Shown in pieces: positions 1-8,400 of a stretch of DNA of 22,586 nucleotides. Under the pieces are notes generated by a model, which saw only the letters and a list, made by a program, of their open reading frames with translations, searched no databases and was not told the origin of the DNA. The stretch lies in contig JBIKWN010000037.1 in NCBI GenBank assembly GCA_044356295.1, positions 1 through 22,586 of the forward strand. Reading direction: 5' to 3'. The stretch is from Bdellovibrionota bacterium. GTDB lineage: Bacteria; Bdellovibrionota_C; UBA2361; JBIKWN01. A program made the translations under genes and the position numbers. The first letter of the stretch is position 1, and each line of letters opens with the position of its first letter.

Positions 1-1
1 A

Positions 2-172
2 AGAGCTACGTCGATAACTCCAGCTATGAAACGTGCGGCTGCGTATGCGATTGCTGAGAGTATTCCTGATAAGGAGCTTCGTGAGGATAATATTATTCCT
101 AGTGTGTTCAATCCTAATGTACCAGTTTTGGTTGCTGAGCGGGTTAAGAAGGCTGCGTTGGATGGGATGTGA
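2..172 (+). CDS. NAD(P)-dependent malic enzyme, C-terminal fragment (gene starts before the window)
   Basis: Frame 2 reads RATSITPAMKRAAAYAIAESIPDKELREDNIIPSVFNPNVPVLVAERVKKAALDGM* (TGA 170-172). This matches the malic enzyme C-terminal pattern 'I.d.Mk.AAA.AIA......L..d.IIPs.fd..V...VA.aV'. Confidence 0.85.
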   Translation, partial: RATSITPAMKRAAAYAIAESIPDKELREDNIIPSVFNPNVPVLVAERVKKAALDGM

Positions 173-240
173 GGTTTAGAGGGTGTTTTTACTTCACTAG
201 TTTTTAAGTTCTCATCATCTAAATAGTTGCACTGAACTTA

Positions 241-339
241 CTATGTCTATGCCTAAGTCTATGTCTTCGTCTTAGTCTAAAAAAGCACAAGAAAAAGAAA
301 GAGGCTAAGACCAAGACTAAGACATAGGCATAGACATAG
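241..339. repeat. Long imperfect inverted repeat built from hexamer (NNGTCT / AGACNN) units
   Basis: Left arm 241-278 (ctatgtctatgcctaagtctatgtcttcgtcttagtct) matches the reverse complement of the right arm 302-339 at 33/38 positions, with a 23-nt A-rich loop. It ends 50 nt upstream of the four-helix-bundle gene. Confidence 0.9.
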
Positions 340-389
340 AATCTCATCAAAGATCGACAACTTTTACGCCATTTCGTCGATTCTATCTT

Positions 390-740
390 ATGTTCCCACA
401 CGAAAAGTTTAGTCCTTACCAATTCAGCATTCAGTTCATCGCACTCACAAACCAACTAATCCCAACACTACCCCGCGGAAACGGCGAACTAGTCGATCAG
501 CTACGTCGCGCAGCCACATCAATCAGTCTTAACATCGCAGAAGGCACAGGACGAACCTCCATAGCCGACCTTAAGCGTTTCTATTCTATCGCACGCGGTT
601 CAGCACTAGAGTGCGCAGCAATTCTCGACGTACTATTTCACCTAAAATTAATCGAACGTGAAAACCACAATAAAGGACGAGAGCTATTGAAGAATGTTGT
701 CGCGATACTTACGGCCATATGTAGAGAAAATAAATCTTAG
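390..740 (+). CDS. Four helix bundle protein (23S rRNA IVP / TIGR02436-like, Avd-related fold)
   Basis: 116 aa with the family signature 'LVDQLRRAATSISLNIAEGTGR....KRFYSIARGSALEC'. Confidence 0.93.
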   Translation: MFPHEKFSPYQFSIQFIALTNQLIPTLPRGNGELVDQLRRAATSISLNIAEGTGRTSIADLKRFYSIARGSALECAAILDVLFHLKLIERENHNKGRELLKNVVAILTAICRENKS

Positions 741-790
741 TAAGAGATGTAATAATATCAGGTATTTACTCCATTTATATTCTTTTTTGA

Positions 791-825
791 TTGAATTCAA
801 ATACTTTTTGATATAAAATCAACAT
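791..825 (+). promoter_or_regulatory. Putative sigma70 promoter giving a leaderless transcript, with a small operator-like palindrome
   Basis: TTGAAT (791-796), 17-nt spacer, TAAAAT (814-819), then 6 nt to the ATG at 826 with no Shine-Dalgarno. TCAAA-N5-TTTGA (797-811) lies in the spacer. Confidence 0.55.
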
Positions 826-1797
826 ATGACCACCAAAACACTAGCAGAACAAATAAGGCACTACCGAGAGCAAATCCTCCAGCTCTCACAAATGCATTTT
901 GCTGCACTAACCGGTATGGGCGTCGCCTCCATTAACAGACTCGAAAAAGGAGCCGATATCACCCCTGCCCACCAACTACTACTCGAAGGAATCCAAGAAC
1001 CGAACAACCTACTACGAGCCCTCGAAGGCAAAGAAGACTCCCTAGGTCAGCAAAACATAGAAAGACTAAAATCAATAGCAAGCCAGATGCTAATTCAGCA
1101 ATCATTAAACGATGTAATTAATTATCAAAACTTACATTACTCAAAAGAAACATCCGGCAACAAAACTTTCGACGTAAAAAAATTAACGGAAATGATTAAG
1201 TTCTTCTCCCTAGAAGGAGAATACAAAACAAAACTTAACAAACTATTATTCTACGCAGATTTTTATAACTTCAAAGAATCAGGAAAATCAATTTCTGGAA
1301 CACGCTATGCAATCGGCGAATTCGGACCAATCCCAGACAAACAAGAACCCCTATTCGCATCCTTGATCCAATCCAAAATTATCAAGCCACGCGAAATGTA
1401 CAATTCGCAGGGCGCCCCATATGAAAAACTTTACACCGTAGGTGACGTAGACAGAAAGGCATTTACAAAAAAAGAATTCTCTATTCTTGAATTGATAAAA
1501 CAATTATTTAGCAAAATGACAGCAAAACAAATTGCGGACTATTCACATGAAGAGGAGTTTTATATTCAAGGAACACTTGGCGAGCCTGTCTTGTATGAAA
1601 AAGCTTTCACCCTAAAAAAATTCCAAACATTCCCCTGTCAAATTAGCGAAGAAGATGAATCTGTTAATCTATCAATCGCAGATTTAGCTAAAAAGTTTAG
1701 CTCACAAGCTTCCGATGAATCTTGGGAAAAAGTACCAATTGATGGTGCTAGCAATATAGATACATACCTATACGGAGCCGATAAGAAAAGTGAGTAG
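826..1797 (+). CDS. XRE-HTH + Panacea (DUF4065/SocA-like) antitoxin with a C-terminal VapB-like tail
   Basis: N-terminal HTH 'IRHYREQILQLSQMHFAALTGMGVASINRLEKG'; Panacea motifs 'KTKLNKLLFYADF...G.SISG..Y....FGPIP' and 'TAKQIADYSHEE'; C-terminal tail 'WEKVPIDGASNIDTYLYG'. Confidence 0.85.
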   Translation: MTTKTLAEQIRHYREQILQLSQMHFAALTGMGVASINRLEKGADITPAHQLLLEGIQEPNNLLRALEGKEDSLGQQNIERLKSIASQMLIQQSLNDVINYQNLHYSKETSGNKTFDVKKLTEMIKFFSLEGEYKTKLNKLLFYADFYNFKESGKSISGTRYAIGEFGPIPDKQEPLFASLIQSKIIKPREMYNSQGAPYEKLYTVGDVDRKAFTKKEFSILELIKQLFSKMTAKQIADYSHEEEFYIQGTLGEPVLYEKAFTLKKFQTFPCQISEEDESVNLSIADLAKKFSSQASDESWEKVPIDGASNIDTYLYGADKKSE

Positions 1798-2206
1798 TGA
1801 AGTTTTCTGCGATACTAGTTTTTTTGTTGCCCTACTCGATCCAAAAGACAACCTTCATCTTAAGGCTGTAAAATTGAGCGAAGTATTAGAGCAAATTCCA
1901 TTGTGCACGACCTATGAAGTTCTAACTGAAACGTTAAATTATTTCTCAAGATTTGGTGCTGACATTAGAAAAGCGGCTGCCGGCTTTACTAATGCCATTA
2001 CAGATCACACCCAATATATTGTGATTCAATTAAATTCAACATACTATCAAAGCGCAATTTGTTTATACGAGGGTCGAACTAATAAAACTTATTCCTGCAC
2101 TGACTGCATTTCAATGATAGTCATGAGAGAGCGCGGTATTAGAAAAGTTGCTACCTCTGATAGACACTTTGAGCAGGAAGGATTTGAGATATTGATGGTT
2201 GCGTAG
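1790..2206 (+). CDS. vapC: PIN-domain (VapC family) toxin
   Basis: PIN motifs 'VFCDTSFFVAL...D..H..A', 'VLTETLN', 'YSCTDCISM..M...GI..VATSDRHFEQEGF'. The GTG start overlaps the upstream gene by 8 nt. Confidence 0.93.
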   Translation: MSSEVFCDTSFFVALLDPKDNLHLKAVKLSEVLEQIPLCTTYEVLTETLNYFSRFGADIRKAAAGFTNAITDHTQYIVIQLNSTYYQSAICLYEGRTNKTYSCTDCISMIVMRERGIRKVATSDRHFEQEGFEILMVA

Positions 2207-2293
2207 CTCCTGATTTTTTTGCTTGTTGATATGTGAAATCTTTACCAAAAGCGCCTAAGGAAGTATTTGAGTCGTTTATATAATACGACACAT

Positions 2294-2410
2294 TCATAAA
2301 CCAATAAGTTGGTTCAAGCTGTTCGCTATATCTACCCACTCTGCGCCCAGATCAATCGTTCTAAAGGAAATCTTATCACCACTAGGCATGTCATATGATA
2401 CTTCAATCAA
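2294..2410 (-). pseudogene. mcrC: Probable 3' remnant of mcrC (McrBC nuclease subunit)
   Basis: The minus strand reads LIEVSYDMPSGDKISFRTIDLGAEWVDIANSLNQLIGL*, resembling the McrC C-terminal 'Y.m.G..i.vrTiDL...w..I...L..l' motif. An in-frame stop lies 7 codons upstream, so the rest of the gene is missing. Confidence 0.5.
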
Positions 2411-2435
2411 CAAGTGCGCCAAGCAGGCTCACTTG
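2411..2435 (-). terminator. Hairpin just downstream of the 984-aa gene, possible terminator
   Basis: caagtgcgcc-aagca-ggctcacttg, a 9/10 bp stem 22 nt after the stop at 2458, followed by only a weak U-tract (ttgattg). Confidence 0.4.
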
Positions 2436-2457
2436 CAAAGGCAGAACAAGCATTAAG

Positions 2458-5412
2458 CTAGGACTTTAGCCACTCATCCCCGAATGGATATAAGGCATAG
2501 GGGTCAATCTTGTTGTCTTTCAAGTAAACTTCGAGATTTGCCAGGCCTTTCGTACATAGACGATGAAAAAACTCTACTGGGAAAACTAGTTGCCAGTTAA
2601 TTTGATCGGCTTCACCCAACTCAGACATTGAGTGATAGTAAGGCGTTGCCCCATCGTTGCTCATTTCCATTCCGTATCCAGGTTCTCGAAAGTTATGTAC
2701 TAGATGGTTTCGATAACTATAGAATAACTCGGAGTATACCTTTTCTTCGAGAAATTTCTTTTCTCCCTCTACAGCAATGGCACCTAATTCGCTCAGAGTT
2801 GGATCTCTTTCTGGGCGTATTATGTGACCCTTTTCCCATGAATCTACAATTGAGGAGAGATGGGCGTAAAGCTTTCCTTTTTCCTGGTTTTTTCGCTTCA
2901 GTGCCAATAGTAGTTGCGGGGCGCTAACTCTATCGGCGTCTGTCCAATCACAACATTCCTTCAGGAACTGAATAAACTTAACTCTGTTGCGGCTATCGGA
3001 GAATCGAGCATGTGCAATAGTATCAAGAAGGCATGAGTAAAGAATCTTTCTATTCTGCCTTGTAGGAACAGATTCGATTCCCTTCAATTGCTTATCGAAA
3101 TAAGAGATGAATTTTAACGTTGAAACAGGTTCCTCGCCATCTTGAAGATGCAAAAGTGACGAGTTGTACACGAATCCTTCTGGATCCCAAGCGTGCCGTA
3201 GATCTTCACGACGTCGAAAAGTCTTTGGCTCAGAATAGCAATCGAGCCGTTCGAGCTCAGGCTGCGAGAGAATTATAAGTCGATCAAATGCTCTTTTTGC
3301 CTCTTTCAACACGCTTCTTTCGACTAGTGTGAATGTACCCGTCTTGGCTACACACACATATGTTGAAATTCCAACAGATTCTTCGACCTTTTGAGCGACC
3401 GAGATCAAATTATTGAGATCTTGTTGCTCGATTTCGCCACCTTGATCCTTAGCTTCCCCGATTATCAGAGATGGAACTCCTTCTCTATCGCTGTACAAAC
3501 AACAAAAATCGATTTCACACTTACCAACCTCGGATGATAAATGAATTCCCACCGAGTAAGGCAGAATGCCCATCGAACCTTCGAGATTAATATTCAAAGC
3601 TTGGAGCGCCAAACCTACCGGAATTCCCCCTTCTTGGTTATCATCACGGGACAACAACCCTGATTTTCTGAACTTCCAGTCGTTCCCACCTTTCAAGTAT
3701 CGTCCAACACGGAACTCCTTTGCACAAAACTTACATTTTGTGTTGGTTTTCAGTTCGTCTAGTGAAATCCAAGCATCGAGATTGCAATTAGGACACTCAA
3801 TTGAGATGCCTGGCATTAGCAGATCTAAGTCGACTAGCCATTCAAAGATTGAGTGAGGGGTGGGATTTTTACCTTTAATGCCGAAGTCATCATACTCAAT
3901 TAGCGGTTTAGCTTTCAGCTCATGATTTGGATGATTGCCAAATATAATTTTTGTAGCTTCACTACGAGTAACTGAATCACCAATTCTTAACTTTGAAATT
4001 AATTTTCTTACTCCTTCAATCTTGAGTGCTCGAAAGCCCTCAATCCCACCCAAGCGTTGGATGAGTTGCAGAACTACGTGCGAGGACTTACGAACTGCTG
4101 CTTGGAATCCAGCCTGTTCAAAAAGAGCGAGAAAAAATGAGTTAGGATCGTATGGTCGAAGAGAAACAACCTCATCGGTTGCATGACTCAAGACTGAAAG
4201 ACCAAAGGGAGCAGGACGGGCACGATCATACGCCGTAAAGTAAATTTGCTGCCTTCCAAAGAATTCGTTCAGCTCTGGTATAAATGGAGTTGAATAACAC
4301 TTGAACTCATCATGGTTCCGATACTGAATATCAACAGCAAAGTGCTGTCTATAAGAACAGTTTGCTCCATCAAATGGTTTGTCGGATATAGCAAAAGAAA
4401 TTGAGGCTTTTCCATCTGATTCGTTTGCAAATCCCAACGTGTCTCTGGGTCGAGTGCTGTATCGATTGTCAAACTGATCATCTATTTGTTCGATTCTAAG
4501 AAGTGAAAGCTGAATTTTTCCTTTCGCAAATGCTGCCTCTACCTCAGTCTTAAGTTTTTCTTCAACTCCTTGTTCAACCGACTCACAACTCAAATACCCA
4601 ATTTCACCACGAAACTGTTTCCCTCGGAGCTTTTCACAAATATTTTGAATGAAGAATGTAACGGATGGCTCAAAACGACCCCATGAGTCAACATCGATAA
4701 ATATTGTCTTTGCTCCAGTGGCTCGCACGTTCCAGAACAGGGTCATATCTTTCACTTTGGAGACAGACCCGAATATGAAGAGTAGCCGACCGTTGCTGTG
4801 TTTAAATCCTCTGTTTGTGAGTAAACAATTAGTTAGAGATAGGTAAGACGGCGCTAGCCAAAATTCTTTTGGTAGCTTGCCGCCGTTCTCCATGTGGTAG
4901 TCCTGCACATCAAAAAACTCGGCAGTTACACTTTTATAGTCAACAGCGGAATTATCAGTGGCAGGGAAACATCCCTTAGTCATAATCAACGTGCCAAGCG
5001 AATCACGCTGGTCAAACTTGAAGCGACTAAGTTTTGTAATAGGGTGATTGGCGTCTTTCTTTACCTCTTCACTCAAACCTGGGAAAAAATGAACTGCCTC
5101 GATTACACTCGGCTCAAGTCTTCCGTGGTGATTTTTATCGAGAAGACACCATTTATGTTCATATTCAAGAATATTTCTAGGAGGTGAACCCTCTTTCGGA
5201 TTATTTAGGTAAGAGACAGCATCTACAGCGTACTTTTTTGCTAAAACCACAGGTGACGGTAAATCATCCACCTGAAAAATGTAGTTCCTAACTCCGCCCC
5301 AAATACAAGTGTTCCAAGTAATGGCCTCTCTCAATTGATTAGCATCACCGTTATCAATAGCCCAGGCTATACGAAGAGGTCTGTACGCTATTTCGGCTAC
5401 GGTATTCGCCAT
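2458..5412 (-). CDS. Uncharacterised 984-aa protein: unknown N-terminal region + Zn ribbon + PD-(D/E)xK nuclease + C-terminal HEPN-like domain; putative defence effector
   Basis: C540PNC..C560KFC zinc ribbon; 'EID635F...IIGE653AK655D' nuclease motif; 'LFYSYR901NHLVH906' RxxxxH motif preceded by the helical 'LYSCLLDTIAH..RVKFIQFL' segment. Starts 9 nt after the hsdR stop. Confidence 0.75.
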   Translation of the reverse strand: MANTVAEIAYRPLRIAWAIDNGDANQLREAITWNTCIWGGVRNYIFQVDDLPSPVVLAKKYAVDAVSYLNNPKEGSPPRNILEYEHKWCLLDKNHHGRLEPSVIEAVHFFPGLSEEVKKDANHPITKLSRFKFDQRDSLGTLIMTKGCFPATDNSAVDYKSVTAEFFDVQDYHMENGGKLPKEFWLAPSYLSLTNCLLTNRGFKHSNGRLLFIFGSVSKVKDMTLFWNVRATGAKTIFIDVDSWGRFEPSVTFFIQNICEKLRGKQFRGEIGYLSCESVEQGVEEKLKTEVEAAFAKGKIQLSLLRIEQIDDQFDNRYSTRPRDTLGFANESDGKASISFAISDKPFDGANCSYRQHFAVDIQYRNHDEFKCYSTPFIPELNEFFGRQQIYFTAYDRARPAPFGLSVLSHATDEVVSLRPYDPNSFFLALFEQAGFQAAVRKSSHVVLQLIQRLGGIEGFRALKIEGVRKLISKLRIGDSVTRSEATKIIFGNHPNHELKAKPLIEYDDFGIKGKNPTPHSIFEWLVDLDLLMPGISIECPNCNLDAWISLDELKTNTKCKFCAKEFRVGRYLKGGNDWKFRKSGLLSRDDNQEGGIPVGLALQALNINLEGSMGILPYSVGIHLSSEVGKCEIDFCCLYSDREGVPSLIIGEAKDQGGEIEQQDLNNLISVAQKVEESVGISTYVCVAKTGTFTLVERSVLKEAKRAFDRLIILSQPELERLDCYSEPKTFRRREDLRHAWDPEGFVYNSSLLHLQDGEEPVSTLKFISYFDKQLKGIESVPTRQNRKILYSCLLDTIAHARFSDSRNRVKFIQFLKECCDWTDADRVSAPQLLLALKRKNQEKGKLYAHLSSIVDSWEKGHIIRPERDPTLSELGAIAVEGEKKFLEEKVYSELFYSYRNHLVHNFREPGYGMEMSNDGATPYYHSMSELGEADQINWQLVFPVEFFHRLCTKGLANLEVYLKDNKIDPYALYPFGDEWLKS

Positions 5413-5421
5413 GCTTATAAC

Positions 5422-8400
5422 CTATGCAGCTTCCGCCCTCCGATTAACATCATCAATCACAGCAAGTATTCGTTCTGCATCATTGGGGAACACACCTGCC
5501 AGACCTTCAGCGTGAAAATCTGTAAAAGGTTGCTCAAATAACCTATCAGGGTTCATCACCCCGTTCTTCACAAGATGCTCAACGATCTGATTGATGAAGG
5601 TAATCTGATCTGCTGAAAGATTTTTGCCTACAAGGAACTCACCGAATACTTCTTTGGCAGCGTCTCGATCTAGACCAACGATTGATCGAATGAACTTTCC
5701 TAACGATTGCTTGCCGAAGGTCTTTTCAAATTGTCCCCTGTCGCCTATGCCTTGATCTGAGAAAAGAATTTCTTCAAGCCCTTGGATATCGCCTAATGTT
5801 ATTGGTTTATTGCGCATCAACCGTCTGATGGTGATGTGGTCTTGATGCTCTCTTACGAACCGCTCAACCTTGAGTCGATAGTTTTCACGATCTCTATGGC
5901 CTGGAATGAACTCTCGAACCTCAACCGCTTCACCGAACTTATCTTCAAAGTTAGTGTAGACACTACTTATACCGCTATCGTGATCTATAAATTTTATGAG
6001 TTCTCTTAGTTCCTTTCTAAGTCGCTCAACTGCTGGAACAGTTAGATTCTCCCAGTAGTCTTCGCTCTGAATGGTCTTTATGTAATCAAGCTTTGAAGCA
6101 ACAGCAGGAATATTTTTCTTTTTCTCAAGCCCACGAGCAAGATCAACTACGCTCTCTTTATAGCCTTCTTGACGCTTGGTTACTTCGATAAAGGAAACAG
6201 CAAGATTCAAGCAGAGAAGGTCAAACCGTCTTGCGAACTCATCGTCAGTATCTGGATAAGGTAAGCCACTTAGGTGCTTTGAAATGTCGTGATAGTCATT
6301 GGGCTTTAGGTTATCCCACGTTTCCCGTTCAATATATTTTTCAACATATCGCCTGTGAGGTCTAACAACGAAGCTCTCTATATTGGCGGTTGCAACTTGA
6401 GTATGAAGTTGGTCGAGAAGTTCATTATGTAGTGCTTTTAGGTCATCATTTTTATTGGCATCAACATCTAATAATCGAGCAATCTGCAATCTTCGCTTGA
6501 ATATTTTTTCTTTGATTGACTCCTGTGTTTGAGCTTCAATTCCTTTAGGATTTTTTCCAAAAAACTCGAAGTTTTCACAGTAATCAAATATGTAAAAGCA
6601 CTGTTTGTCTTGACCTTGACCGAAAAGGTCTTCGCATAGACGAGTACCGCGACCAATCATCTGCCAGAATTTCGTTCTTGATTTTACACGCTTGAAGAAG
6701 ACAAGATTCACTATCTCTTCAATATCGATACCTGTATCAAGCATATCGACTGAGACAGCGATGAATGGGTCTTTGGTTGAAACATCAAATACATCAATCA
6801 AGGTATCTGCATACTTGACCTGATTATCAATCACTCGAAGAAACTTTCCAGCAAGGTGTGGATAGTTGACGTTAAATCTCTCTTCTATAAAAACAGCGTG
6901 GTTGTGGTTCTTAGCAAAGATGATCGATTTACCGAGTTTGTCGCCACCTTCGATCTTGATTCCGTTCTGCATCAGGTGGGCTAGAACTTTATCAACCGTA
7001 TCTTTGTTGAATAGCCAGCTATTTAATGCTGCTGGCTCAATTTCTTTAGGCATTGTGCCTGTTTCGTCATCGAAGAAAGTTTCTTCGTATTCGTCCTGCT
7101 CCTCTGGCGATAGCTCATCGTATTTTATTCCATCTCTATGAAACTTAGTAGGAACTACTATCGGTCTTGGTTCAACAAGATATTTGTCTGCAATCGCTTG
7201 ATCTAGTTCGTACCAGTGAGTTGGAACATTATTTTCGCAGTTAAAGAGCCCATAGGTGTCTTTACCAACTTCTGAACGTGGGGTAGCGGTAAGACCAATC
7301 AACAAACTATCAAAGTATTCAAAGATGGCTTTGAACTTGTGATAAACGGAGCGGTGGGCTTCATCGATTATTATGAGATCAAAATAGTTGGTGCCGAATC
7401 GCTTTTTTCCATCAGTCTTTGATTCATCAATCAGATTCATCATTGAGTGATAGGTTGAGAAAACCAAGCGTGTATTCTCTTCCTCTGTTTCACTTACGAT
7501 ATTAATTGCCCCAACATTCGGCAGGTGTTCTGCAAAACGTTTTTTTGCCTGTTTAACAAGTGCAGTTCTATCAGCTAGGAATAAAACTCTCTTAATCCAA
7601 TTCTGCCGCATTAGTATTTCTACCAAGGCGATGCTCATTCTGGTTTTACCTGTGCCTGTCGCCATTACCAGAAGTGATCGTCTTTGGCGTTCAATCTCAA
7701 GACGCTCTACAACTCTGGCGGCAGCTTCAATTTGGTATGGGCGATTAATGATGTCTCTATTAGGCTCTATGTCTCGGAGGGAACCTTTCGTTTTGCGCCT
7801 GTTGATCAGCAGTTGCAGTTCGTCTTTGGTTGCATACCCCTGAACAGGTCTTGGTGGATAAACTCGGTCATCCCAAACCCAGATATCGTATCCATTGGTG
7901 TAGTAAATAATAGGTCGCTGACCAGTTTCCTTCTCAAGGCAGTCTGCATAAAGCTCTGCCTGTCTTTGTCCTTCGATTGGGTCTTTGCTTGTTCGTTTAG
8001 CTTCGACAATACCAAGAGGCAGACCATCATCACCCCAAAGTACATAATCAACGAAACCCTCACCTTTGGAGTTTGGCATTCCCTTAACTGGATATTCAAC
8101 ATCACGAGCATCTACAAACTTATCCCAACCTGATTCACGAAGCATGACATCGATAATCCATTTACGAGTATCAGCTTCGGTGATGATTTGTGGAGTTTCT
8201 TTTACTCTCTGAATGTTTCGAGCTTTTAGCTCCTCAACTTCCTTTTGAAGTCTTGCGATCTCTTCTTCGTTTTTCTGGAGTTCTTTGCGCCCACATTCAA
8301 AGCGATCATCTTCTGATTGTAGACGAGCTTGAAGCTCTTCAATGGTGCGTTTCGATTCTTTGATTACAGCTGATGCATCAATCGAAGGAACTAAGGAAGA

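Noticed and set aside
241..339. CRISPR array or 23S rRNA intervening sequence
   Set aside because: The units are 6 nt with no spacers, and there is no rRNA sequence around the gene.
219..455. 78-aa minus-strand ORF with VYAYVLVLVL / RLRRRHRLRHRH
   Set aside because: The low-complexity translation is a by-product of the hexamer hairpin, and the ORF overlaps the four-helix-bundle gene on the opposite strand.
2151..2339. 62-aa minus-strand ORF overlapping the vapC 3' end
   Set aside because: No motif or RBS. The mcrC-like frame explains part of this interval better.
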